Shown: positions 24,183-36,634 of the stretch, one piece after another
Position numbering within the stretch: position 1 is the first letter of the stretch
Layout: each line of letters opens with the position of its first letter
NCBI GenBank assembly: GCA_017654855.1
Contig: CM030332.1
Span: 6,200,001 to 6,264,000 of the forward strand
Length of the DNA: 64,000 nt
Origin: Podospora anserina
Taxonomy: Eukaryota
Direction of reading: 5' to 3'
Position numbers and translations under genes: made by a program
The notes under the pieces: generated by a model
What the model saw: the letters and a program-made list of their open reading frames with translations, nothing else
Told to the model about the DNA's origin: nothing
Database searches by the model: none

Positions 24183-24522
24183 AAGGATGCTTTCAAGATT
24201 TGCTGAGCACGTTACTGTTTCATATGGGCCCATTTGTTTAGCGTGCAACAAGCATCATTCATAGTTACATAATTCATAGTTTGAATCATCCAAAAATGTT
24301 CTCCCCAGTTTCGTGATTGCTAAAATGAGCGTAGATTTGCCATTGCCACAAGCATGCTCTCATGATCCGTCGTCCACGACGATCGAGACATGCATCCTAT
24401 ACATCGCTTGCTCCATCAACTTTAAGCAACTGTCTGTGCCAGAAATAAGAAAAGACATGACTGAAACGGTATATAATACAACGATTATCCATACCTTCCA
24501 TCGTCCCCCCACCCTCAGCCTA

Positions 24523-25619
24523 TCAGTGAACGAGCTTGATGCCCATGCCCCCAACATCAGCACCGATATTCTCCCCCTTACTGCAGCATGGACCCCCAAG
24601 ACGCTTCTCTCCACGCCCCCGAGCTTGTGGTGTTGTTGTCGGTGCAGCAGCAAAATCCGTTGTCGAGGTTGTTGTGCCATCCACTGGGGGCTCATCCTGG
24701 TGTTTTATTGGCGCGGACTGTTCCTCCTCAATCGGTAGTTCCGGACCGTCAGCATGACACCCTTTGTGATTGCAGCACGTCTTTCCCGTCATTGTCTGCG
24801 GCTGCTGGCGCAAAGGCTCCGATGAAGGTCTTTGTCTCTGCTCGGAAGATTGCTTCCCCTTCCCAGCACCGACTGGCCGTGGAGGCGGGGGCGTGCTCGT
24901 GCCACGAACCGGACGTGGGCTGGCAGGGAGTCCAGGACGTGTAACGATCAACCGAGGCACCGTCAGTCCTGCATTTCCTGGGGGGCTTCCGTTCACTCCA
25001 TGACCACTGTTTTCTGTGGCCAAGTTGGTTGCTGGAGCCCTCGTGCCGTTGAGAAGCTTGCTGACTGCCCGGTCGAGGATGAGGTGGTGAAGCGCAAAGA
25101 TGTGAGTCGTGATGGTGTTGTCATTGCGTTCGGCCTGGGCTTTGTGGTGTTCGAATCTGTGTTTGTCTATAAGCTCCCACCTCAGTTTTCTCCACATGCG
25201 AGTTTCGCCGTCATCGTCAAGGCCGGCAAGGGAGCATCTTTGAAGGATCTTTTCTGTGTCGAAATCAGTATGCTGTTCATGTTAAGAGACAAACGATTCG
25301 TCATACCACAATGCTCAATATCAGCCCGGGCCTTTTGTATGATGAGGTCAATCCGCTGCTTGCTCTCAGGCTGAGACGATAGCAGGTGGTTGTGTTGCTC
25401 CCAGAGCCCCCTAAGCTCTCCCAAATGGTTGGAGTAAGAGTTCACGGTGGCGATACACCGTTGCAAGTCCGACTGTTCCAGCTCCGCCGAGGTCTCAGAC
25501 GGAGACAACAGGGACCTACTCTTCGTCTTCACATGGCGATGGACGCTGGACACCAGCCGGCGCAACTTTCCAGTGTTGCGGGCAGGTTGGTTCGCGGACG
25601 ACGACGGCGGCAGCTCCAT
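24523..25619 (-). CDS. Hypothetical protein (~347 aa) with a helical N-terminal domain and a disordered tail; exons 25619-25307 and 25253-24523
   Basis: 53-nt GTATGA..CTGAT..CAG intron joins two ORF-track fragments in frame (...ADIEHC/EKILQRC...MWRKLRWELIDK). Confidence 0.6.
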
Positions 25620-27162
25620 TGTCTGACGAGAAATCCAAAAAGGGGATGGTCCCAAATTTTGTGTCGTCCACTGAAGATCTGAAAGTTGGTGTGATCAAGG
25701 AGGCATGACGGCAAGAAAGAAAAGTTCCCACGTGTGTGAGACGGGAGAAGGTAAGGTAAACAGAGACAGGATTGGAAACAACCAAGACACGAGGCCTTAG
25801 CCCGTGCCGAATAGTGTTTTATGGCGAGATTTTTTTCCCACTCATGACGCACTGGAGATCTGTGGGACGGTCGGGTACGAGTCGGCCGTCGTGAAAAGGG
25901 GGGGAATGGTTCGAGTATGCAACTTGTTTTCGTCGGACTGGTTGCCGTAATACCGTCCATATAAAGCTGTCTCTTTTCACTGGACTTGTGCTGGCGCGCG
26001 GCATGACCAACAACAAACAAGACCCTCGAGCGAGTTCGGAAAGGGTGGATGGGGGGAGGGAGCGGGCGGTTGACAGCAAGCATCCGAAACAGTGAGGGGA
26101 GCATATCATGTCGTGCGACGACATAGATGGATTTGTTGAGTGTTTAATACTCTTGGTTTCTTAGAGGAAGAAATATACCTTATTAAAGGAAAAGGGTAAC
26201 ATCGCAAAACGATCCGCGCAGTTCTGTAGTGGCAAAAATGACATTCGACTGAGCCTCAGGATCTCGGTGTGGTCCAAGTTGAAAGCGATGTGTTTTTCCG
26301 TGTCCAACGGAAATGAAACCTCAAGGTCCCGTTTTGTGCAAGGTCAAATTGCCAGCAGGAGTTGGCGGCTGTCAAAACTAGGACCATAGAGCAGATGAAG
26401 ACGGGAGGCTCGACTGACGTGGCCGTGGGTAATGAGGTCATGCCTTTCAATCAGGTGGATTGTTTGTGTGCCACGGTTTGTGCTAAATAATGATTCTCAT
26501 AGCTGTTGACGGGCAACTGTTTGCTCAGTCAAGATGTTGAGTACGCGTTACTAAGATGCACTTGGGACTCGAGAATAACAGGCTGAATCAAGGGTGTCAA
26601 GCCATCAACTTCAAGCAAATTATTTGAACTTCTCGTCAGTTCTGACCAGTATTTGTGACATCAGGGTGTGTGTACCTCAGGGGCAAGTGGGACTTCCCCA
26701 ATGTAAACAAACAGCCAACATCGAGCTGCTCCCTCCACATTGCTCCCACGGTATATGTACCAGTTCCTCGCACCTTTCATCACCGAACGAGATTCCCAAC
26801 TCGGCTCTTGCCAAATGACTTAGCAGTATTGGGAGTCGCGGCACGGACTTGGATAAGGACCAAGGAGGACCAAAGAGGACCAAAGAGTACCAAGGGGCGT
26901 CCGTTCGAGTCAAAGTAAAACCTGTGGTTTTCGTAGCCGAGTACCTCCCATTAGGGACTGCGCTACTTGGTGAGCTTTTTGCACTTTCTACTACCTTTGT
27001 AGGTACGGTTCCACCTACGGCTTTTCTTCTTCGATTGCTTTTATTTTCTAGTAAAGGTCATCATAGAGTGCCTTCTGCTTCTTTTTCTTTTAATCTTCCT
27101 CCTTTACTCGTACCGCCTGCGGACAGTGAATTGTCTGACGAGAGTTCGTCGTCTTGCCCAAT

Positions 27163-27623
27163 CTATTGGATAGACCAATTGGCCGACTTGCCGCCACAGG
27201 TCACTGTTCCCTGTCCGCCAACACGCAAAACACCGTCGAGAGTCGCCTGATACTTTGAGATCGCCAACTTGACAATCTCAGCCGCATCCTGGTTGCCAAA
27301 GGTAATCTCGTTGCCATCGCCATTGACCCGAACTTGGAGGTGGCAGCTAGCAGATGCAGCAAGCTGCACCTGACCGTCAGAGGCCTTGTAAGTACTATTT
27401 CGGCGTTAGCTGGACCGTTGTCAAGGTGGTGTCTGGGGGCTGGAAGGACTTGCATGGACCATTCTTGGCTCTCGCCGGTGGCTTGGATGGCGTAGCAGTC
27501 CATCTCGGTGGGTGAGTTCCAGAGAGTCTCTCTCACATCGGCTGTGTAGCTCTGGCAGTTCTTGATGGCTTCGGCGACGGTGAAGAGACCGATGAAGGCG
27601 ATGGCAAATTTGGCGAGCTGCAT
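27163..27623 (-). CDS. Small secreted 4-Cys protein (133 aa), Ecp2/Hce2-like; exons 27623-27454 and 27394-27163 with a GC-AG intron
   Basis: Signal peptide MQLAKFAIAFIGLFTVAEA; pattern NC...SP...DC..I...W...QLA...SC...FGNQD...I..Y...RVGGQG...C...W.I; donor GCAAGT at 27453, branch GCTAAC, TAG acceptor at 27397-27395. Confidence 0.75.
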
Positions 27624-30080
27624 GGTAGCGGTTGGTGAGAGTTAGAATGCGAGGAACAAGCTGAACTGAGATTGACTGATGGTGAAAGCTGGATACTGAC
27701 AGCCAGATATTCAGAACTGCTGATGAGGGAGGTATAAGTACCACCAGCATCAAAAAGCAAGCGGCATCTCGAACCCACCTTCTCCTCCTGTTGATGGAGT
27801 TATGGCCACCGGCGGTTTGATGAGCCGCTATGTATCCATACCGGTCGACAGACAAGGTTATAATTCTTCACCGGTTTGACGGCGGTAAGTAAACATGACG
27901 AAATTCCTCGGTCTCTTGATGTTTTCGGCCGACACACAAAGAGGTGTTCTTCTCCACACACCAGCTGATAGTTGAGAACTGGCGGAAACCATGACATCAA
28001 TGATGCTCGAGGTCTTCTGAAGTCAAGAGGCTTCAAGCCTGAGAGAGAGCGCGTTTTCTCGCGGCTCAAGCTCAAGACGCAGCCAAACAGTTAGCTGGCC
28101 GCAGCTGCCATAGAGGAGTGGTCGACGGAGGACCTGGAGGAGCAGGAACAATTGTCCTGTCGCTCGTTCCTGCTCCAGCGGTTCATGTTGTCTTTGACAA
28201 GTTAATCCCACGCCGTTAATTGCTTCCAGAAACTTCCTCAGTATCTGTCCAAGAACCACCTGTCGAGTTCCAGATCGAAAGCGCAAAACACAACGACACA
28301 CCTTCCCCTCTTAAATCAGACATCCGCCTGATCTTCGAGACACCAACTCCTACCTCGATCGTTCTGATGAAGCTGAACTGCCAACGTGCCACCGTGTCCC
28401 CAGCCCAGGGCCCCGTTGTCTCTGGTCTTGACACCGATTCCGCTCCCGCACCTCACTGCGAGCAATCTATTCGTTATCTCCCGGGGATGACAAAGAGTCT
28501 TCTGGCGCAATGCAATACGCATGTCTTGGTGCGGGAGGAGGCAAAAGGAAGACCGATGGCCGCCACCGTGGGAGACAACATATAGATATCAGAGACAGCA
28601 TCACCCTCCTATCACCGTCCCAGGCATTGGATCGCGCCGTTTCATAACACAGCATCAGATCCTGCTGCACCCACAGATGCCGCAATCCACCAGTACCTTC
28701 CCCCAAGGCCAACCGTGGGCAACGGCACTGCAACGCGCATGGTTCTATCTGTATCACCACGCGGGAAGACCGGACGGACGCGGTCCCATATCCAGAATCC
28801 TCCCCGCAGTTTCCCTAAACCAGAAGGGGACACCTGAGACCAGATCACCTCAGATAGATACGAGTGATCATACTGGTCATACATGACACAAAGTCAGATG
28901 AGCATACGGAAGGGAGGCCATCGAGATTTCCCTCGCCCTGTTTCACCTGATTCCACCAGCTCTCGAAGAACAAGAAGAGCAAGGCATAGTCCCCAAGATC
29001 TAGTGAATCAGGCCTCTCTGATGGAGTTCAGCCACGCGCCCTGTACCCTGAAACCACCACTTCCCAGTGACTCTCATATGCAGCTGCCCTCTCAGCGTTC
29101 TGGTTTGCGTATGGTATCCTGGTCCAGAAAGAGCATCTTGTATGCGCGTGACACTTGGCACAACCAACCCGTCATTGCTCACTGTATCATTGTCACACCC
29201 TAGAGAAACATGCGGTCTCGGCAGAGTCAGACTCAAATCCGAGGAGTTCACTCCTCAAGGGGAGATTCTAGTCGGTCTTGCCCGGGATGCTGTTGCTCAA
29301 GTGGCACCATGTAGGCAGCACAGGGCCTGAAAGCACGTCAAAAAACGGCCTCAAGCCATCCGCAGTTGTTTCCGGCATTGTTGCTGTCGCGGGCGAGAGT
29401 GAGAAGCGAGACACTGCAAGTCAAGGCGGATATTCTCGATGTCTCTTGATCGCTGCAACAAGTACAAACCTGTCTCATATCTCCGCTCGCAAAAGCCTGG
29501 CCCCGGCGGCCCGGTCTGGTCAAGTGGTCAGACAAGTCATCAGCCAAGTGGTCCAGAGCGCACGTTAAGGATGAGGAAGCTCTTACTTAAGGTAACCAGG
29601 AGGAGTATCGAGGTTTTTGGGAGGCCGATCCCCTCTTTCCCAGGTGGGTTTTCTCTGCAACCAAGCAGTTTTCGTCTTGAGCTGCTGCTTCAGACTCCAT
29701 CTTGACTGAGAGGGAGGGCAAGTACGACTGCCCCAGTGAACCGAACCAGGAGACCGGGTCCTGTCATCCGCTTGGCTCCATTACATTGAAGCAGACTTGA
29801 ACTACCAGTCCAACCAACTTTGTACTCCTGGCTTTTCATTTCTGCGTTTGCGCAACGGCCTTACTGTTGCCGAGGTCTTTTGATTTTTGGGTATCTCGAA
29901 GTTTTGGGGAAAAACAAGACATTATACTGGCTCGCCTGGACCGTTTACGGGACGGTGAGGCCACGACGACAACACCAACAACAAACACCAACACCGCATA
30001 GGCGGTCTTTTTTGGTCGAGTCATTGTCACCAACACCAGCAAAGTCGCCTTTCCATAGTCCAAGATCACGAAGGACACCA

Positions 30081-32055
30081 ATGACAACAACAACAACAAC
30101 AACACCGCCGCCAACAATGACACTCTCTTACCCCAACCCATCCCTGTCCTCGATGGATGGCGAGGACCACCCCCGGGCATCACCCGCTTCGATATCCTCC
30201 TCGATGACAGTAACCAACACCGCCGAACAACTAGAATTTGAAGAGGAGAAGCTATCAGAGCCACCTTCAAAGAGACCAGTCATGCGTCAGGTCCTCTTAA
30301 CTCTCGTGTATGTTTCCCCATCTTAAACCCCTTGCCATTTCCACTTCCTCTAAACCCGCCTCAGAATCTGCCTAGGCCTAATGTTCTCCTGCCTCGACAC
30401 CTCAATCGTCTCAACCTCTCTCTACAGAATAGCAGGCGATTTCCAAAACACGCGAGACATCTCCTGGATCATCCTCTCGTATCTCCTGACGTACATGTCC
30501 TTTGCCGTGGGGTTCTCCAAGCTATCCGACATTTACGGCCGCAAAGCAATTATGCTGGCGGCATGGCTGTTGTTTACTCTCGGGTCGATCTGGTGCGGTT
30601 GGGCGGGTTCAATGACGCAGTTGATTGCGGGGAGGGCGGTTCAGGGAGTGGGAGGGTCGGGGCTGTACTCACTGGCGCAGGTTTGTCTTGTTGAGCAAGG
30701 ACCGGCGAGGCCGGAGGTGGTGGGGGGGTTGGTGGGGATCACGTTGAGCGTGAGTTTTGTGCTTGGGCCGGTGATGGGAGGGGGGATAAGTGATGGGTGG
30801 TGGTGGAGGGGGGTTTTTTGGGTCAATATACCGGTTGGGGTCTTGGCCATGGTGGGAATCTTGACTCTGTGGCCGTGGGAGAGGATGGCGTTTGGGAGGA
30901 GGGAGGAGGAGTATCAACACCAGGGGGCCAAGATGGGGGGGTTCTGGCACAAGATCGCCAGGGTGGACTTTATTGGGAACACGCTGTTGGCGCTGGCGTC
31001 GATATTGCTGGTATTTGCGCTGCAGGAGGCGGGGAGGTATGTCTGGCGGTGGGATAGCCCGGTCATAATATGGTCGTTGGCTATTTCGGTGGTGAGTTTT
31101 GTGTTGTTTGGAGTGTGGGAGTGGTATTTGTATCGAGGGGGAGAAAGCGGGAAGGTGAGGATTGAGGGGATATTTCCGGTTGGGTTGGTCAAGGGGAGGG
31201 TTTATGCTTGTGTTTTGGTGTAAGTTTGTCTTTTTCCCCCTGTCTGAACTTGGTACTGATGTGAACAGCAACACGTTACTATCCGGGTTCGTCTACATCG
31301 CCCTCGTGATTAACATCCCCGAGAGGCTTCAGGTTGCATATTTTGACTCTCCGCTCTGGGCGGGGGTTCATTTGTTGCCTATGCTTGGATGTTGCGCCTT
31401 TGGAAGTTTTCTTGGGGGGTTAGTTTCCAAGAAAAGGGACCTCACCTCTCATACATTAATCATCGGCAGCTTAGTCCAAGTTCTTGGACTGGGACTAACA
31501 GTCGGGTTTGACTCCCGCGCTGGAAACAAACTTCCCCTAGGGCAATTATTGGGGTTTACGGCTGTGTATGGACTAGGAGTTGGCCTGTCTTTTGCCAGCG
31601 CTACCATCATCGCTGCTGTGGAGGCAAGAAACGAGGATTTGGCTGCTGCGCAGGGGGCCGTGGCGCAGGCGAGGGTGTTTGGAGGCGCGCTGGGGTTGGC
31701 GGTAGGGGGGATATTGATGAATCAACGCCTTAAGGGGGAGTTGAGCGGGGTGCTGAAGGGGAAGGGGTTGGAGGAGGTGCATAAGAGTTTGTATGGGATT
31801 TTGAGGCTGGGGGTCGATGATAGGAACAGGGTGGTGGAGGTTTATGTGGGCGGTTTTGGGAAGATGATGTGGGTGTTTTTGGGGGTGGCGGTTGTATCAG
31901 CTGTTGTTGCTTGTGGGACTTGGAGAGGGAAGGGAGGAGAGAAGACGGTGGTGGAGGTTATGGAAGGGCATCAGGTTGGCATTGGAGGTGGTGGGAGGAA
32001 AGAGAGAGAGATGGAATTGGAGAGTGCGAGCAGTGTCAAAAGTTTGATGGGGTGA
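30081..32055 (+). CDS. MFS drug:H+ antiporter (14-TM, DHA2-like); exons 30081-30307, 30365-31219, 31269-32055
   Basis: LDTSIVSTSL, KLSDIYGRK (motif A), GRAVQGVGGSG, GPVMGG...WWWRGVFWVNIP; two canonical introns; start may instead be ATG 30117. Confidence 0.9.
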
Positions 32056-32871
32056 TTCTGGGGGGGGGAGAGGTTTCTTGATGTTGAAGAGGTTTTCTGC
32101 GAAATACCCTGTCTTTTGTTTGTTGAGGGGGGTTGACTGGGTGAAGCGAGATGTTTTGTTTACGTTTAACAGGCGTTTTCATTTGGCGGTGTGGGGTTGT
32201 TAGTTGGTATAGGTGTTTGAACCTTTTATGTATATCACCACGTTTTTGGAGGGGTTATATCTTTCTTTTTCTGTTGGGGGGCCATCTTTCTATTCTTTGG
32301 GGGTAGGTTAACTTTAGGTTTGGCTTTTTTGGACGTTTTATTCTTCTGACAGAGTTTTGTTGAAGTTGGGGAAGAGAGCTTTTGTTTATTAACGGGTATG
32401 TTAGTGGATATGATATTAAGTTGTGTCATTGTCTTGTCAAATTACCTTGAGAGTCAGGGCTCTAAATGCTGCTGCTGTTCTTGTTGTTGTTGTTGCTGTT
32501 GCCTGGGGTGATGCCCCTTTTTTGTATTTTCAAGATCTGCGGTTACGTGAGTTTTCTTGACTGTCTTTAGATAGCCGTAGGCGGGGGTACTAGATCAGGG
32601 TGACTGAGAGAGCAACAAAATCCAGAGAATGATGAGGGTGAACGGCTGTGGGAAGCTTTGCAACAATGAAAAAGAGGAGGTGTTGAGACATGTGGGAGCA
32701 TGCTGTGCAACGTTGTCAGCCGGGCACTCTACTCACGTTTCTCCATCAAGTGAGTGTGTGTGTGAGGGAGAGAGAGAGACGCTTGTTGTTCGACCATGAC
32801 TGGTGGTGTCTCATATCGAGATGAAGTGAAGGTGAATCTGATGGGTGGGATCTGCGTGGTGGAAAGCTGCC

Positions 32872-32890
32872 TGTGTGTGTGTGTGTGTGT
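32872..32890. repeat. (TG)9 microsatellite
   Basis: Direct reading. Confidence 0.85.
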
Positions 32891-33437
32891 TGCGTTCTGT
32901 GTATTGTGCTATGCGACGCCGCACCTCTTGGTGTATCTGTTTACCACTTGTTGAGTAGGTAGCTGACTCGTGGACCAAAGAATCAAAAAAGGGGAGGGTG
33001 ACAGAGAGGTGGGTAGCCCCCCGAAATCACCTTGACTACCTTTCCCAATATACCTACAGTTCAGAACCTGGTTGGGTCCAACGGTGCACAATTGAGCCCC
33101 GTGTCGTGTGTCAACTACATATGTGATTGACAGTAGCTGTGTTCATATGTTGTACCTGACAGAGTGAGTGAGCGGTGCTCAGTGTATCAGCCGGTACAAC
33201 CCCTCGGATTGGACAGAGCCATGTAGGTAGTTCTTGTTCTTGCGTTGTTTTTGGCTATTTACAAACATTTTGTGGGCCCTGCCTCGCTAAGGTATTTCCG
33301 CTGTCTTTTTCCTACTACCAAGTCCCCTAAAAATGCAACGCCAAGGTAGTGATATGTTGTTCAGCACATGATGGGTATTTGTATTGCTAACCATTGCCTC
33401 ATGTCTCACCTCGACGTCGATTCCTTTCCTCCAACTG

Positions 33438-34274
33438 CTAGGGGGACAGGAGAAAGTTCGGTTCATCACTATAATTAAGGTGATGGCCGTCCTGGATAAC
33501 TTCCCAGATCACCCTGGTCTCTTCTCCCGCGGATTTGTAGACCATGGGGATACACTCTATTGAAAATTGTGATTAGGTGCTGTAAAGTGCGGGAGGTGGA
33601 CAAGAGAGAGGGGACAGACTGACCAAGTTCGTGAATAATGCCGCGGTGAACATGGCGATAGATCCTGGGCTTCAAACTATGCTGATACCCAGGATCGAAG
33701 GAGAGAACAACTGACGGGGAGTATACCAGTGGCGGACGATAGGGTTGCACTGGGGGCGCTTGTCCTGCAGACGCTGCTGGACAATTTGATGGAGGGTGAT
33801 ATTGAGGTACCACTAGAGCTTGTTGGCCCGTAGCTACCGTCGTCTGTACTGTGTATCCTTCTGGGATCGGTTGTCGATTTGTGTGTCCGTATTGCGATAC
33901 GTGAACAGGCTGCCATGGAGGTGGGGGTTCCCGGGGGGACTGTTGCCGCGGTTTTGGTGCCCGAGGTGCCAAAGGAATGGGTTGCTCCAAGCGTCCCATT
34001 GTTGCGGCACTATCTGGGTAATCGTGTCCCTCCGGTGACTTTGGGGGAGTATCTCTCATATCAACATCTTGGCTTTGTGACGTGCGTCCCGTCGCATCAG
34101 GCATAGGTTCGTTATACTGCTGTTGTGGTGGCGCGGCCAATGGTGGCTTTTGGTATCAAAATGGTTTCCAGTTAGTGACTACGCCGGTCAAACAATGTCG
34201 AGTCAACACACCTCGGTGGGCTCTAAAGGCTTTGATGGATAGACATCGTTGGGGTCCATCTTGCCGTCGAGCAT
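33438..34274 (-). CDS. Orphan Pro/Gln-rich protein (~234 aa); exons 34274-34212, 34146-33624, 33556-33438
   Basis: CAAAATG start; introns GTGTGT..ACTAAC..AAG and GTCAGT..CTAAT..TAG both keep frame; ends PNFLLSP-TAG. Confidence 0.55.
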
Positions 34275-34867
34275 TTTGGGGTAAACAGATAGTATAGATG
34301 TGTGGTCAAGCGAGAGTCAATCCGTCTTCGTTTGGTTGCTCGGAACGGCGTGCAAACGGACGAACCAGGCAGGACAGATTGCGATTAGGGCTGGCAATTC
34401 GCATCTCTTTGTGGTTTCTGGGGAAGAAAGCTTAACTTGTCGACGCCCGTCTCCGATGCAGGAGCGGTCTTCCAGGTTGTGCAGTCCTGCCAGAAAGACG
34501 GCGTTGCCTGGCACGTCGTGATGGCTGATGAAAGAGAGTCGGTGGTTTGTGGCGTCCAAGGGGATTTAAAGAAGTCACTGGACGGACCTCTCAGGTTGTT
34601 GTTCGACGCTTGAAGATAGCATTGAGACTTGCAATACAGTTTAATCGGTTGAGAGTCCTAAGTTGTCTGGCCGCCCAATAGAAGCACTCGTCTGTTACAT
34701 CTTGCTCAACGGTCTGTTCCATCCCTTGACAGCCGTCAAAGTTGGAAGATGAAGTCGCTAGCTCATCACCTACAGGAGCGCCATCCCACGCCATGCCCGT
34801 CACAGACCAATTCCGATCCCTAAATGCCTGACGAGGTTAATACCAGATCTTACAGGTCACATCTATA

Positions 34868-35372
34868 ACGGGCGATAAAGCAAGTTCTCCAAAGTAAATT
34901 CTAGAGAGTTAACATTAGAAAAAAAGGCCGTATCTACCACCTTAACACCTACCCAAGCCACAATTAGGCACTCACAGATAAGTCAACTGCTAAAGCTAAG
35001 TAAGCTCACTATCCACCAAGGCCAATATATTACTTACAAATAGCTTTATTTTATTGACATTACTGCGGTATACTACATTACATATAGTACTATTCCTACT
35101 ATATTTTTTATTGTTGTAATCATATTTATATATAATTATATATATAAAAATATTTTACAATTAAAAAAATTAAAGTATATAGTAAAAATATATGAGTAAT
35201 TATGGTTATAAGATATTAGTAGTATATATATGGTATATAGTTAAATCTACGAAAATGCAGTTGAAAAGCTATTATCTCTACTTATATAATGGCGGGTAGG
35301 TAGTAAGTGTACTGTAAACTTGGAAATCAACTCTCTGGATTTTTATTTGGGAGAACTTGCCTTATCGTCCGT
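34868..35372. mobile_element. Non-autonomous TIR DNA transposon (MITE-like, Tc1/mariner-pogo/Fot1 type), AT-rich and probably RIP-mutated
   Basis: ~43-bp inverted repeats 34868-34910 and 35329-35372 (outer 23 nt 21/23 identical: ACGGGCGATAAAGCAAGTTCTCC vs ACGGACGATAAGGCAAGTTCTCC); TA on both flanks; TpA-rich interior with no ORF. Confidence 0.85.
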
Positions 35373-35747
35373 TATACACATCCATCCCATCCGGTGTCTT
35401 ACACCTACAACCCGAGTAGATCTGGCTGGTCTGGCTTCAGACAGACCGTGATCAAGACACCTACCTTGTTGTATTGAGAACCACCTCAATTGAGAACACC
35501 AAAATAATCATGAAGCAACAAACTAACAGGGCAATTCATAATGTGACCATCAAATTAACGGAGGGGGGGCAAGGTCTACGCCGCAACATGATGTCCAATT
35601 TTCTTGGCATCAACCAACACCCAACAGCTCCAACCTCCAACATTATCGCGTGGTCCATCATCGACAAACAGATTAAAACCGCCCGAGTTTCTCTCTGGTT
35701 CTTGCATTGAGACATCTCCAACTAGACATCATCGCTCTAGTCAAACA

Positions 35748-36524
35748 ATGGCTCCGTTTTCCCTCCCCGCCGACACGGCCTTCCCCGCCGACAAAGCCGC
35801 CATCCTCCCCGCGCCTCTCCCAACCCCGTCTCACGGCGCCGGCGGCAGCTTCTCAATCGCGTGCTCGACCCGCATCAACGCGCCCCCGTCAAAATGTCTT
35901 GATATCGTCCGCAGCCCGGCAGACTGTATGTCTCAATTATTCAACTTTTACAACACTCGACTGTGACGTCATGTTCTTCATTGCGAACCATCTCTTGTAT
36001 TTCATGATCACAGCTTGCCTCACCTCACCATTTATTTCACTTATTCTCAATCACGTACTAACGTCTCCCCAGACCCCTCCTGGAACCCCTTCTGCCGCCT
36101 CGTCGAAATCGACTCCCAACCCTCTTCCACCACCTCCTCCCCAGACCAATTTCACCTCGGCACAGTCTTCACCTTCGACGTGCACTTCAACACCTCACCC
36201 GACTCCAAGCCATCCACCAAGTCTCAGGAGCGCGTCTCAATTTTGGAGGACATCGTCGACCCCACCAGCAAGAAGGTAATCGGGCACAGGATCGGCTGGA
36301 TCCAGATCGGTCCGCAGCCCGACTGGATGCTCAAATGTGAGAGAATCCAGGAGTTTATCGAAGTTGAGGGGGCAGATGGAAAAGTGACGACAGAGTACAG
36401 AAACTGGGAGACGTTCTACGGGCTTTTGGCGGTTGTGGTCAAGTTGGCTGCGGGAGAGGGGGTCAGGAAGGGGTTTGAGGGGTGGATGGGGGGGTTGAAG
36501 AGGAAGGCGGAAGGGGGGAACTGA
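35748..36524 (+). CDS. SRPBCC/START-like (polyketide cyclase 2-like) protein; exons 35748-35925 and 36073-36524
   Basis: STRINAPPSKCLDIV...D/YPSWNPF, ERIQEF, TTEYRNWETFYG, GLKRKAE; GTATGT..ACTAAC..CAG intron. Confidence 0.8.
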
Positions 36525-36634
36525 AAGAGCACCTTTGAGCCAGGGGCAGGGCAGGGTCAGGCCAAAGGATTCACAGTCGACTAGATAAACTTTAGCATTC
36601 CTATCTTCAGCTCGACACCTTTGCCCCCGATCAA

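Noticed and set aside
26857-26897. Four ~10-bp GGACCAA(A/G)GA tandem units
   Set aside because: Short degenerate minisatellite; no spacers, so not CRISPR-like (and the window is eukaryotic)
28000-29700. Several 80-120 aa overlapping ORFs
   Set aside because: No consistent frame, splice model or motif; treated as intergenic or unrecognisable relic
18559-32055. Possible secondary-metabolite cluster (LaeA-like MT, O-MT, MFS)
   Set aside because: No PKS, NRPS, terpene synthase or cluster transcription factor in the window; the genes are widely spaced
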